Below, in pieces: positions 1 through 9,512 of a stretch of DNA of 64,000 nucleotides; the first letter of the stretch is position 1; each line of letters starts with the position of its first letter. The position numbers and the translations under genes are program-made. Below the pieces are notes generated by a model. It searched no databases and was not told where the DNA came from. It saw only the letters and a list, made by a program, of their open reading frames with translations. This stretch comes from a virus. The stretch spans positions 1 to 64,000 of the IMG/VR virus record IMGVR_UViG_3300036761_001135. One strand, written 5' to 3'.

Positions 1-140
1 CAGGTGAGTTTAGCTCGCGGAAAATTAAAATCGACATTAGCCTGGACGATTTGCCGTTGACGAACGCGGTTGGAGGTAGCAAATTCTCACTAGGCGAGAG
101 AACCTGGCCGAAGATGGCCAGTAGCCGAAGGAGAGTCATC

Positions 141-449
141 ATGTGTTTTACCCCGACCCAAGTATACGAAATGGCTTGTTATACGTCGCTTTGGGCTGAC
201 GAAGACCCTTCGCGTTGTGGTTGTAGGGGTCGTGGTTGGATGTTGTCGGACGTCGATACGTGGCATCAGTGCCCGGCTCACGGCCGTGGCGTGATGCACC
301 CCGAGCAAGCGGAGTACGAGGCGGAGATCCGAGAAGAAGTCGAAGCCGCTGCGAAGGCGGCTGGTATGTCCGTCGAGGCGTTTCTGGCCTCGTTGGAAGC
401 GGAGAAGCCGGTTGCGGTCGTGGTTGAAGACGACGGGATCCCGTTCTGA
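141..449 (+). CDS. Hypothetical protein with Cys/His cluster and SSB-like acidic C-terminal tail (DDGIPF)
   Basis: GGAG RBS before ATG 141; promoter-like TTGACG-17-CAAATT at 57-85. Confidence 0.6.
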   Translation: MCFTPTQVYEMACYTSLWADEDPSRCGCRGRGWMLSDVDTWHQCPAHGRGVMHPEQAEYEAEIREEVEAAAKAAGMSVEAFLASLEAEKPVAVVVEDDGIPF

Positions 450-494
450 AACAATCCGGGTCACCGATGACCCGCTAACGAAGGAGGCCACCCC

Positions 495-1487
495 ATGTCA
501 GCAGAAATCGAATCACTGTGTTTCGCAGGCGAGACCCCTTGGCACGGCTTTGGCGAGCAGCTTCCCGAGGACGCGGACAGCCCCGAGGCCCAGCTCAAGT
601 CGGGCCTGACCTGGGAGGTCGAGAAGCGGCCCCTCATGGTCCCGGTCGCTGGCGTCAACCAGTTCATGACAGTCGAGGACCACGTCGCCATCGTCCGCAA
701 GACGGACGAGCGCATCCTGGGCGTGGTCGGGGCGGGCTGGCAGGAGCTTCAGCCCTGGGAGATGTTCGAGTGGACGGACAGCTTGGTCGGCGAGGGGCTC
801 ATCAAGTACCACACGGCGGGATCGCTGCGCGGGGGGCGCAAGGTTTGGTTGCTGGCCAAGTTCGACGAGTCGGTGATCCTGCCGACGGATCGCGTGGGCA
901 AGTTCCTGTTCTTCCTAAACGGGTACGATGGAACGCAGAGCATCGTCATCAACTCGACGGCGGTCCGCGTGGTCTGCATGAACACGGCGCGTCTGGCGCT
1001 TGCGGACGGTCGGAGCAGCGAGGTCCGTATTCGCCACACGGCGAGCATGAAAGAGCGCATGGAGGCGGCTCGTGCGGCTCTTGGCATCGCTCGTGAGCAC
1101 GGCAAGGTCTACGACGCGTTGCTGCGGGCCTTCACCCAGCTTCGCATGACGGGCGAGCGCTGGAACGAGTACGCGAACGTGCTTATCCCGAACAACCCCG
1201 AGGCGAAGCACAACACCCGCGCTCAGAACGCTCGGCAGGCGCTCCTTGGCCTCGCGGTGACCGGGCGCGGCCAGGACATCCCGGGCGTCGCGGGGACAGG
1301 CTATGCGGCCTACAACGCCGTCACGGAGTACGTCAATTACGTGCGTCCGAGCCGGGGTGGCGACGAGGCTCAAGAGCGTCGTTTCGAGTCCAGCTTGATG
1401 GGCAGCGGCGATGATTTCGTCCAGGCCGCCGTCGTCCAGCTCGATACCTACCTCAAGCAGGACGGCATCATCGTCCAGGCCGCCTGA
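495..1487 (+). CDS. DUF932 / TIGR03299-family phage-plasmid protein
   Basis: TPWHGFG, GLTWEV, TAGSLRGGRKVW, VRVVCMNT and AYNAVTEY motifs; AGGAGG RBS. Confidence 0.85.
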   Translation: MSAEIESLCFAGETPWHGFGEQLPEDADSPEAQLKSGLTWEVEKRPLMVPVAGVNQFMTVEDHVAIVRKTDERILGVVGAGWQELQPWEMFEWTDSLVGEGLIKYHTAGSLRGGRKVWLLAKFDESVILPTDRVGKFLFFLNGYDGTQSIVINSTAVRVVCMNTARLALADGRSSEVRIRHTASMKERMEAARAALGIAREHGKVYDALLRAFTQLRMTGERWNEYANVLIPNNPEAKHNTRAQNARQALLGLAVTGRGQDIPGVAGTGYAAYNAVTEYVNYVRPSRGGDEAQERRFESSLMGSGDDFVQAAVVQLDTYLKQDGIIVQAA

Positions 1488-1535
1488 TTCCCCCTCCACG
1501 CGAACCCAGGTTCGCCTCTCACATACAATCCTTGT

Positions 1536-1565
1536 TTGACAACCTGCCGATTTCACGTCTATAAA
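1536..1565 (+). promoter_or_regulatory. Sigma70-like promoter
   Basis: TTGACA-18-TATAAA, intergenic. Confidence 0.6.
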
Positions 1566-1586
1566 TTAGACGCTGAATGAGGTGAC

Positions 1587-1895
1587 GTGATGACGGTTGA
1601 CGAGATGCTGCGCGACCTGCGCAGCGTGAAGATGCGTCCTAGCGAACGGACACACGTAAACGACTTGCGGGTGCGCTTCCAAGTGCTTGGCGCGGTCACA
1701 CCTTTAGATGAGCGGTGGCTGAGGGACATTTGCCGGCGGTATGGCATCCAACTTCGGATGCTGCATGAGTCGAGGGAGCGCGCTCGTCATACGAATGCTC
1801 TGAGATCGATGGGCATCTCAACTTCTGATGCGGCTGAGCGGGCAGATGTGAGGATGAAGCAGATGGAGTCAGAGGGAAACGATCTGGGATTTTGA
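1587..1895 (+). CDS. Hypothetical protein
   Basis: ORF with GAGG RBS downstream of a TTGACA promoter. Confidence 0.6.
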   Translation: MMTVDEMLRDLRSVKMRPSERTHVNDLRVRFQVLGAVTPLDERWLRDICRRYGIQLRMLHESRERARHTNALRSMGISTSDAAERADVRMKQMESEGNDLGF

Positions 1896-1911
1896 GAGAG
1901 TTGAGGGATGC

Positions 1912-2244
1912 ATGGGAAAAGTGCGCGTGACGTCCGAGGTCATGGATGCTGCCAAGGAGATCGTGTTCATCGTGCGTCATATTGTGGACCATCCTTCCGA
2001 CGTAGATGTGCGCGTGCGCGGTGGTGAATATCGTCTTGGCCTAGAGCTGTTCACGCATCCTTCCGACGTTGGCCAGGTGGTGGGTAGGTCTGGTCATCTC
2101 ACTACGTCCCTGCGGTCGTTCCTTTCGGCGTTGGCTGGCAAACATAAGATCAAGATTGATTTCGACTACGTGACCGAAGAGGACAACGCTCGTGGTGATA
2201 GTGAGCTGAGGCAAGGTTCTCGACCTGTTGCTACCGCGACTTGA
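1912..2244 (+). CDS. khpA: KH-domain RNA-binding protein, KhpA/YlqC family
   Basis: IVRHIVDHPSDVDV...HPSDVGQVVGRSG matches the KhpA pattern, including the GxxG loop. Confidence 0.8.
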   Translation: MGKVRVTSEVMDAAKEIVFIVRHIVDHPSDVDVRVRGGEYRLGLELFTHPSDVGQVVGRSGHLTTSLRSFLSALAGKHKIKIDFDYVTEEDNARGDSELRQGSRPVATAT

Positions 2245-2316
2245 CAAACACGGCCATCTGGTGAATAACCGAAGGCACAGTTAGATCGCCCGAGCGATTC
2301 GGGTGCGGAGGCACGA

Positions 2317-2751
2317 TTGCTGAACAGGCCGACACAGGGTTCTGTGATCTTTTTCGCTCCTGGTCCCATTGGGTGCGTCGTTTGGGAGCCTGGCACCGGA
2401 GCGCGGTATTTCCTCCAGGCGACGGACGTTGGAGATCGGATTGCGGTGGAACTCGGAGGACGGATCATGGTGGCGTTATCGTCGATGTCTGACAACACGT
2501 TTGTCGCGCATGCCTTGAATCCGGCAAAGACGGGTCATTGGACGAGGGAGTACGTGCGCAAGAAATGGCAGAGGATTTATGGGATCGGAGATCACGCGGC
2601 GCATTTGGCGATGTTGCTGAATTGGAGCCTTGGCGGAGAGCGTGCGCGGGCCTATGCGGACGAGCAGTGGCGACTTGTATGTGGAGAGGACGGAAAGGTG
2701 GTGAGCCTACATGAAAGACGTGTTCATCGGAGACAAGGTGGGCACCCCTGA
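2317..2751 (+). CDS. Hypothetical protein
   Basis: GGAGG RBS, downstream of TTGACA at 2241. Confidence 0.5.
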   Translation: MLNRPTQGSVIFFAPGPIGCVVWEPGTGARYFLQATDVGDRIAVELGGRIMVALSSMSDNTFVAHALNPAKTGHWTREYVRKKWQRIYGIGDHAAHLAMLLNWSLGGERARAYADEQWRLVCGEDGKVVSLHERRVHRRQGGHP

Positions 2752-2965
2752 CGGGGTTGGTTACGTTGAGGATGTGACTACTTGGAGAGATCGCATCCTG
2801 ACGATGATTGACGCTGAGGCACAGGAATTCTCGGCGGAGTGCCGTCGGTCGCATGGGCAGAAATATCAGCAGGAGTGGGGACAGATCATGGTGCGGTTTG
2901 GACGGGTGACGCGCACATACGATGCACGTCAAGTGACGATCTTGGAGGGACGTGATGACCTCTAG
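2711..2965 (+). CDS. Hypothetical protein
   Basis: Tightly packed ORF within the operon. Confidence 0.55.
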   Translation: MKDVFIGDKVGTPDGVGYVEDVTTWRDRILTMIDAEAQEFSAECRRSHGQKYQQEWGQIMVRFGRVTRTYDARQVTILEGRDDL

Positions 2966-3536
2966 CCGGCTCAAGCTATGTGCGTTGCGGCAATTGGTGC
3001 GCGATTCATCCGAGCGGACAGTCGTGGCGAAGGAGAATGTTGAGAAGAAGCGCCAGAAGCGCAAGCAAAAGGCAGCGGCGGAGCCTAAGCAGGAAGTGCC
3101 GAAATTTGAACAGGATCATGGACATTCAAAGAAATCGTTAGTAAATTCAGTGCAGGTGGAAGATTGGTTTCGAGAAGGGCTGAATTGTTTGTACGGTGGC
3201 AAGCTTGAGTTGCCACAGCGCGGCAAGTGGTGGACGGCTGGGGAGCGGAAAAACGCTAAGAGTTTGTTGGATTTGTATGGCGAGGCTGACGTGAAAAAAG
3301 CTGTGTCGCATTTGTGTGAGACATGGCATCAGAGGGTGGAGGCATCCGATGGTGTGCTGGCAGGGATACCGAGCATTGGGTATCTGGTCAGTCGCAAGGA
3401 TACGATTTTTGCAGAGGTGAAGGGATTGGCTGCCGTCCCTAAACGGTCAAAAAAGGCGGCTAGGCGTAAGAACAGTAAGGACTCTGACGAGTATCGCCCA
3501 CCTGAGAAGCCGAATGATGTTGGGTGGTACGTATGA
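2952..3536 (+). CDS. Hypothetical protein, possible replication initiator
   Basis: Directly upstream of DnaC-like and DnaB genes; function inferred from position only. Confidence 0.5.
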   Translation: MMTSSRLKLCALRQLVRDSSERTVVAKENVEKKRQKRKQKAAAEPKQEVPKFEQDHGHSKKSLVNSVQVEDWFREGLNCLYGGKLELPQRGKWWTAGERKNAKSLLDLYGEADVKKAVSHLCETWHQRVEASDGVLAGIPSIGYLVSRKDTIFAEVKGLAAVPKRSKKAARRKNSKDSDEYRPPEKPNDVGWYV

Positions 3537-4189
3537 CTGCGATAGCTATGGATACGACTAAATTATGGAGGCGGCTGACGGAGACCGATCTGGTGCGCAT
3601 GCGGATTCCGCGTCGCTACTGGTGGGTTCGTTATGAGGGCATCCCGGATGGGACGTGCGTTGGCAGTGGAGTGTCCGCTCGCAAGGCGGCTCATAACTAC
3701 CTGACGCAGATAGACGAGATGCGCCACAACGGCATGGGTCTATTGCTGTGGGGGACGAATGGCACGGGCAAGACTTGCATGGCGATTGTGGTAGCGAAGG
3801 AGTATCGTCGGCACGGATATCCCGTGCTGTTCATTGAGGCGGCAGACATCAAGCGTTTCGTCATCGAGCGCGAGATGTTCGACGAGGACCAGACCTTTTG
3901 GGATCGTGCCATGAACGTGGACGTCCTTGTGATTGACGATCTTGGCAAGGGTGTGCAGGATTCCACTGGGTTTGGAGCCCGGATGATCGATGAGTTGATC
4001 CGGCATCGCAACGCGAGTAAGCTGGTCACGCTCATTACGACCAACATGAACCAGCGTGACCTCGCTGAGGAGCTGAAGGTTTCTACGATGTCGTCACTCA
4101 AGGAACATGTGTTTCCAATTCATGTTACGGGGATCGACCGTCGTGATGCGGTCGCCAGCGGAATAGCGAAGACATTGTTCGACCAGTAG
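3533..4189 (+). CDS. DnaC/IstB-like AAA+ ATPase (helicase loader)
   Basis: Walker A GTNGTGKT, Walker B LVIDDLG, TLITTN; adjacent to DnaB. Confidence 0.88.
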   Translation: MTAIAMDTTKLWRRLTETDLVRMRIPRRYWWVRYEGIPDGTCVGSGVSARKAAHNYLTQIDEMRHNGMGLLLWGTNGTGKTCMAIVVAKEYRRHGYPVLFIEAADIKRFVIEREMFDEDQTFWDRAMNVDVLVIDDLGKGVQDSTGFGARMIDELIRHRNASKLVTLITTNMNQRDLAEELKVSTMSSLKEHVFPIHVTGIDRRDAVASGIAKTLFDQ

Positions 4190-4200
4190 TGGAGGGGAAT

Positions 4201-5529
4201 ATGAATGGCTCCTCGGGGCGTATGCCTCATGATCAAGCAGCCGAACGCGCCGTTTTGGGTGCAGTATTTTTGGAAAATGATTGCCTGGAAAGAATTTCAA
4301 GCCTGATCGACGAGGATGATTTCTTTGTCAGTGCCTACAGCAAGATCTACGGGGTCATGTGTGAATTGCGTCGGAAGGGGGTTGGTGTAGACCACGTAAC
4401 GGTTGGCAGCGAGTTGCATGCGCTAGGCATCATGGATTCCATAGGCGGACCCATGGTGCTGGCGGACCTGACCGATGCCGTGGCGACGGTTTCCAACGTC
4501 GAATACTACGCCAACATCGTGCATGAGCGGTCTGCGATGCGGTCCGTGATCATGGCGGCACGAAACGTGGCAATGAAGAGCTATCCTGGGAACGACCAGG
4601 CAGGCGTTGAGACTGAGTTTGGGGTGCTTCAGGACGCCATGCACCTCCTGGCACGGACTCGGATGCCTGCGAGCCTTTTGACCATGGGCGATGCCGTCAT
4701 GGAGAACTACTCTTTGGCGGCGCATGGGCGCACGGGCGTCCAGTTGCCATGGCCAACCATGAACGCGATGACGGCTGGTATGTGGCCGAAGACGATGACC
4801 ATGTTTGTGGCTCGTCCCGGAATCGGGAAGACGATGGTCGCTGTGATCGCGGCGCGGCATGCGTGGATGAACGGATCGCGTGTGCTCATTGTCTCACCCG
4901 AGATGAGTCGCACGGAGATCGCAGAGAGGTTCTTCGCAATTCACAGCTCTGTGAGTTACCAACGGATTGTGAGCGGAAGCGTGTCAGACTTCGAGATGCC
5001 AAAGTTGCAGGCGACCATCGAATCCTGCAAGGTCCAGGACGGGCTTTGGATCATGGATTCTGATGACGACCTGACAACACGCGGCATCGAAGCCGCTGTA
5101 CGAGCCTGCCGTCCTGCCCTCCTCGCCATCGACTCTCTGTACGACCTGCACATCAGAGGGGAGCGTCGTGACAAGCTGCTCGTGGCGCTTGAGTGGTTCA
5201 AGGGCACGGTGAAGTATTTCGATTTGGCCGGCGTGGGTTTTGTGCAGTTGAATCGAGCGGCAGAGGTGTCGGAGAAAAAAGGCGGTGGCGTGCGCCTCGG
5301 GACGATTGCGCTGGCAGACGAGATTGGCCAGGACTCGCATGCGGTGTTTGCGTTGGAACAGGACAAGGACATGAAGGCCGACCGGAAATTGAGATTCAAG
5401 CCGCTCAAGCTACGTCGAGGGTCATACGTTGGGGACGGGGTCGAGGTTCATTGGGATTTTGACAATATGACGTTTTCCGAAATATCTAATGATAACGATA
5501 CCTTCGAGGACGATGCGACGCCGTTCTAG
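4201..5529 (+). CDS. dnaB: DnaB-like replicative helicase
   Basis: N-terminal PHDQAAERAVLGAVFL, Walker A ARPGIGKT, SPEM, QLNR. Confidence 0.92.
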   Translation: MNGSSGRMPHDQAAERAVLGAVFLENDCLERISSLIDEDDFFVSAYSKIYGVMCELRRKGVGVDHVTVGSELHALGIMDSIGGPMVLADLTDAVATVSNVEYYANIVHERSAMRSVIMAARNVAMKSYPGNDQAGVETEFGVLQDAMHLLARTRMPASLLTMGDAVMENYSLAAHGRTGVQLPWPTMNAMTAGMWPKTMTMFVARPGIGKTMVAVIAARHAWMNGSRVLIVSPEMSRTEIAERFFAIHSSVSYQRIVSGSVSDFEMPKLQATIESCKVQDGLWIMDSDDDLTTRGIEAAVRACRPALLAIDSLYDLHIRGERRDKLLVALEWFKGTVKYFDLAGVGFVQLNRAAEVSEKKGGGVRLGTIALADEIGQDSHAVFALEQDKDMKADRKLRFKPLKLRRGSYVGDGVEVHWDFDNMTFSEISNDNDTFEDDATPF

Positions 5530-5702
5530 CATGGGGATTTAGAAACGAACCCCGTGCGAAATAGGATGGATGAAGCGCCTTGTTTGGTTCCACGCGGGGT
5601 TCAAGTACATTTTAAGTCCGCGTTTGGCCGTGTCACAAAAAGCGTCAAGCTGAGATGAGGAAATTGGCTGTCGATCTTCCGACGCGAACCCAGGTTCGTT
5701 CG

Positions 5703-5731
5703 TTGACAAACACAGGCGATTGCAGTAACAA
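5703..5731 (+). promoter_or_regulatory. Sigma70-like promoter
   Basis: TTGACA-17-TAACAA, 3 bp after the palindrome at 5684-5699. Confidence 0.55.
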
Positions 5732-5815
5732 AGATCGGCGCGGCTGCGGCTGCGATGAACATTAGACATCTGTTGATGTTGCAAGGCGTTCTCAGTTGAG
5801 AACAAGGAGGTTGGC

Positions 5816-6760
5816 ATGCCTGGGATTGGTGATCACGTAAAGACCAGTTTTGGATACGACGGCTGGGATCCGCCCGAGGGTCATGGGGAGTTCTCGAATG
5901 ATGGAGGCGGTGGTGGTGGGTTCGGACCGACGGATCGTGGTCCGGCGCGGTTCAAGGTGCCAGAACCTGACGATAACCCGTTGGAGAGGGGCAAGCCTGC
6001 TCGCAAGCGATTCATGATCGTTGGTGCGCCGTTCTACATGTGGGAGCACGGAACATACAAGATGCAGAACATCCCGCGTGGGGTGTATTCACCATTGTGT
6101 CTGAAGCAGAACCAGCTCGCTGACCGATGTCCCATGTGTGAGGACAAGCGATGGCCGAGCTACGGGGCCTACTTCACCGTGGTGGACATGGGATTCGTGC
6201 GGTACGCGTCTGGCGGAGCAGAGCTGATCGGAGAGAACTGGGTCGATGACCGTGGCAAGAGCCACGATATGCAGTTCCGGCGGCGCTTGATGGTGGCGAA
6301 GCGTGGTGGAAAGGAAAACCCTGGCACGCTGGCGTTTTTCGAAGACCAGCGCAATCGGCGTGGCGACCTGACCGGGTGTGTATATGACACGCAGCGCACG
6401 GGCAAGAAGAAGGCGGGCATGGGAGACAACCTTGAGTTTGTCGAGCGTGCTGGGTCGGTGGTCCCTCCGACGGTGGAGGAGATGCGGGCGTACTTGCAGT
6501 CGCATGGCGCATCTGACGATGCGCTGAAGTGGGCGAAAGAGACTACTGTGTTCGACCACCTCAACAAGGAAGAGGTGAAGATCGAGGAGACTCTGTTCAC
6601 GCGGATCACGCCTATTCGAATGATGCCGCTGCTCTACTCCATGGAGGAGATGGATCGGTGGATTGGGAACGCTCCACGGGTGGCTCCAGGTTCCACGGAT
6701 GGCGAGCGCACTTTGACCACGGGCGCTGGATACCAAGAAGACGATCAAATTCCGTTTTAG
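5816..6760 (+). CDS. Putative single-stranded DNA-binding protein (gp32-like)
   Basis: His and Cys residues (CxxxxxxxxxCPMC), acidic tail EDDQIPF, replication context, AGGAGG RBS. Confidence 0.6.
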   Translation: MPGIGDHVKTSFGYDGWDPPEGHGEFSNDGGGGGGFGPTDRGPARFKVPEPDDNPLERGKPARKRFMIVGAPFYMWEHGTYKMQNIPRGVYSPLCLKQNQLADRCPMCEDKRWPSYGAYFTVVDMGFVRYASGGAELIGENWVDDRGKSHDMQFRRRLMVAKRGGKENPGTLAFFEDQRNRRGDLTGCVYDTQRTGKKKAGMGDNLEFVERAGSVVPPTVEEMRAYLQSHGASDDALKWAKETTVFDHLNKEEVKIEETLFTRITPIRMMPLLYSMEEMDRWIGNAPRVAPGSTDGERTLTTGAGYQEDDQIPF

Positions 6761-6785
6761 CAAGCAATAGCAAGGACATAACGAC

Positions 6786-8333
6786 ATGCGGGTAGAGATC
6801 GCGGGGTACGCCTGGCTGGATCGAGCAGCTTTGACAGACCGCCAGGTTTCCAACATTGTCACTCGGCTGACCATTCAGCCGAGAAAGACGTCTGATATTG
6901 ATTCGGTGGAGACACCGGATCCCATCCGTTTGTACCGCCTAGATGAAGATCGACAGTTGATAGGCGTGCCTCGCGGTTTCTACCGGCAGATGAGCAAGGG
7001 GTTGAATGACGAGGTCTTGCGCATTGGGTGGGGAAAGCCCATGCGGAAGTTGGAGACGACGGCGCGGTTTGAGGGTCCGTTTGCCGAGCAGGCCGAGGCC
7101 ATCGACACGCTGGTGACAGCGTTGTATCCGCCTGAGACGTGCCCGGAGAACCCGCCGTGGGGCGGGGCGCTGCTACAGGCACAGCCGGCGTTCGGCAAGA
7201 CGGCATGTGCTTTGGAGGTAGCTCGACGCCTGGGTCGGAGAACGCTTATCCTCGTCCATCAGGAGTTCTTCTTGGACCAGTGGCGCAAGCGGATCGAACA
7301 GTTCTTGCCGGAAGCGCGGATCGGCATTGTTCAGCAGGATCGAATGGAGTATGCGCGCACAAAGGGAGGGGAGGCTCCAGACTTCGTGATCGGGCTCTTG
7401 CAGAGCTTGGCGAGGGACACTGGAAGTCGGTATCCCAAGGAAATGTACGAGGGCACCTTTGGTTTAATTATAAGCGACGAAGTTCACAGAACTGGCGCAG
7501 CTTCGTGGTCTGATATAATTCCAAAGTTCGATGCGGCCTACAGGCTAGGCTTGACGGCCACCCCTCGTCGCAAGGACGGGGCCGAGGACGTGTTCTTCCA
7601 CCACATCGCGCCGGTCACGTACCGGGCGACCACGGAGTCGGTGCGGCCGAAGTATCGTAGGATTGTGACGACGACGGAGGTGCGATCCATTTCGCGTGGT
7701 GAGTACAAGGTGCCCGTTGACCAGTTGAACAGCGCTCAGATCATCAATCAGGTGTGTTTGGACACGTTTCGGACGCAGGCTATTGCAGACGACATCGTGC
7801 AGGCGGTGAAGGTTGGGCGGAAGATCATGGTGGTGAGTGCCCGGCTGGAGCATTTGAGGGTCATGGCCGAGCGCACAGGGCAGGCGTTGTTCAATTTAAA
7901 CCTGCCTTTCGTGCCCATCATGGACTTTTACACGGGGGAGTGGTTTACAGGGGAGGTTTGGGAAACATCGAACAAGTCGCACAAGCGGGGCGATTTGAAG
8001 ATGGCATCTCGGACGCAGGTCGATCTTGAGCGTGCGGAGCGGGCCAACGTGATTTTTGCTACCCCCCAGCTTTGCATGGAGGGACTCGATATTCCAGCAT
8101 TGGATGTCATGTTGATGGCTACACCGATTAGCGATGTGGAGCAGTTGACAGGGCGGGTGCGGCGATGGTGCGTGCCTGGGAAGCAGTGTGCTCACTATTG
8201 CCCTTGGAGGGCGGGCAAATGCAAGGGCAAACCCATCCCGATCATCGTAGATGTGGTGGATGAGAGGATCCCGCGTTTACGTGGTATGGCTGCCAGACGC
8301 GAGAAATTTTACAAAACCTGTTGCACGATGTAA
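6786..8333 (+). CDS. SF2 DExH helicase (UvsW/ResIII-like)
   Basis: PAFGKT, DEVH, GLTATP, EGLDIP and QLTGRVRR motifs. Confidence 0.88.
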   Translation: MRVEIAGYAWLDRAALTDRQVSNIVTRLTIQPRKTSDIDSVETPDPIRLYRLDEDRQLIGVPRGFYRQMSKGLNDEVLRIGWGKPMRKLETTARFEGPFAEQAEAIDTLVTALYPPETCPENPPWGGALLQAQPAFGKTACALEVARRLGRRTLILVHQEFFLDQWRKRIEQFLPEARIGIVQQDRMEYARTKGGEAPDFVIGLLQSLARDTGSRYPKEMYEGTFGLIISDEVHRTGAASWSDIIPKFDAAYRLGLTATPRRKDGAEDVFFHHIAPVTYRATTESVRPKYRRIVTTTEVRSISRGEYKVPVDQLNSAQIINQVCLDTFRTQAIADDIVQAVKVGRKIMVVSARLEHLRVMAERTGQALFNLNLPFVPIMDFYTGEWFTGEVWETSNKSHKRGDLKMASRTQVDLERAERANVIFATPQLCMEGLDIPALDVMLMATPISDVEQLTGRVRRWCVPGKQCAHYCPWRAGKCKGKPIPIIVDVVDERIPRLRGMAARREKFYKTCCTM

Positions 8334-8356
8334 TGTGCGCGCATGAGGTGTTCGTC

Positions 8357-8926
8357 ATGACGCGTATCGAAACAGGATCTACAGGTGAAAGTTCTGGGGA
8401 CAGGGATCGGAGCGAGTACCAGAAACAATATTATCTGGACAGGAAAGAGGCGATTTCCAAGGAGCGGAAGCGTCGATACCGCGAGGATCCCGAGTACCGC
8501 GAGTCGATCTTGGATCGGGTTAGCGACTACCGAAACAAGAAGCAGGAGAATATCAATAAGTTGCGGGCCGAGGGGAAGTTGCCGCCGTCGCATCCGAGGG
8601 GGCCACGTCCGCCGATGAAGGTCAAGGTGAACGGTGTCAGCACCATTGTGTACACGGTGGGTCGCATGGCTGTAGAGTTGAATCGGTCCAAGGACGTGAT
8701 CAACTACTGGACGCGGATTGGGCTCCTACCGCCGACACCATATCGTTCTGCAAGTGGAGACCGGCTTTACACAGAGAGCATGGCCATCGTGGTAAAAATC
8801 GCCGTTGGCAAGCGTGGGCGAGTTTCGGCTAGCGACCGAGAATTTACGCGAGAGATTCGGCAAGGTTGGGAGGGCTTAGGCGTGGTCATTCCGGTTCACG
8901 TTGACAAAACGTTCATACGGCGGTAA
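8357..8926 (+). CDS. MerR-like HTH DNA-binding protein
   Basis: YTVGRMAVELNRSKDVINYWTRIGLLPP..R...GDRLYT. Confidence 0.65.
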   Translation: MTRIETGSTGESSGDRDRSEYQKQYYLDRKEAISKERKRRYREDPEYRESILDRVSDYRNKKQENINKLRAEGKLPPSHPRGPRPPMKVKVNGVSTIVYTVGRMAVELNRSKDVINYWTRIGLLPPTPYRSASGDRLYTESMAIVVKIAVGKRGRVSASDREFTREIRQGWEGLGVVIPVHVDKTFIRR

Positions 8927-8929
8927 TTT
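8901..8929 (+). promoter_or_regulatory. Sigma70-like promoter (recA operon)
   Basis: TTGACA-17-TAATTT. Confidence 0.65.
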
Positions 8930-8963
8930 TGCGCGCACATAGAAGTGCGGCGTTGATGCCGCA

Positions 8964-9512
8964 TTGGAGGCGCGAAATATGAAAACTCAAGGAAACGAAC
9001 GCATGACGCGGACCTATAACGTGGTCGGCGCACAGGAGCAACCAATGACAGACATTAGTCGGCCCTATGGCCCGGTTGTCGATCAACAAGACAGCCAAAT
9101 GGTGGAGGTGACCTATGCAGCGGGGCGCACGGTATCGCTGGGCAACTATGAATTTGTGCGCATCCAGATCGGTGCGCGGGTGCGGATTGCGGACCTTGGC
9201 AAGGTTGACGAGGCTTTCATTGGCGTGCAGCAGTTCGTGGATGCCGTGATTAACCGAGAGGAATCGTTGGTTCGCAAGCAGCCGGTGTCATCGGATCCGT
9301 TGCCTACATTAGAGGGCGTGCGACGTGAGATCTGGGTGGAGTACGGCATGACCTTGAACGCAAAGGTGAAGTTCGAGAGTTTCAAGGTCGATCTTGGTTT
9401 ATCGCGTCCGTTGGGCGATTCAGAGGACGCTGATGCCGCCATGGTGGCGTTGGAGTCGTACTTGTCTCAGAGGATCGACACTGAGCGGGGTCGCATACGG
9501 GGAGAGGCATGA
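8964..9512 (+). CDS. Hypothetical phage protein with an internally duplicated domain
   Basis: GRTVSLGNYEFVRI and GMTLNAKVKFESFKV repeats; start uncertain. Confidence 0.55.
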   Translation: MEARNMKTQGNERMTRTYNVVGAQEQPMTDISRPYGPVVDQQDSQMVEVTYAAGRTVSLGNYEFVRIQIGARVRIADLGKVDEAFIGVQQFVDAVINREESLVRKQPVSSDPLPTLEGVRREIWVEYGMTLNAKVKFESFKVDLGLSRPLGDSEDADAAMVALESYLSQRIDTERGRIRGEA

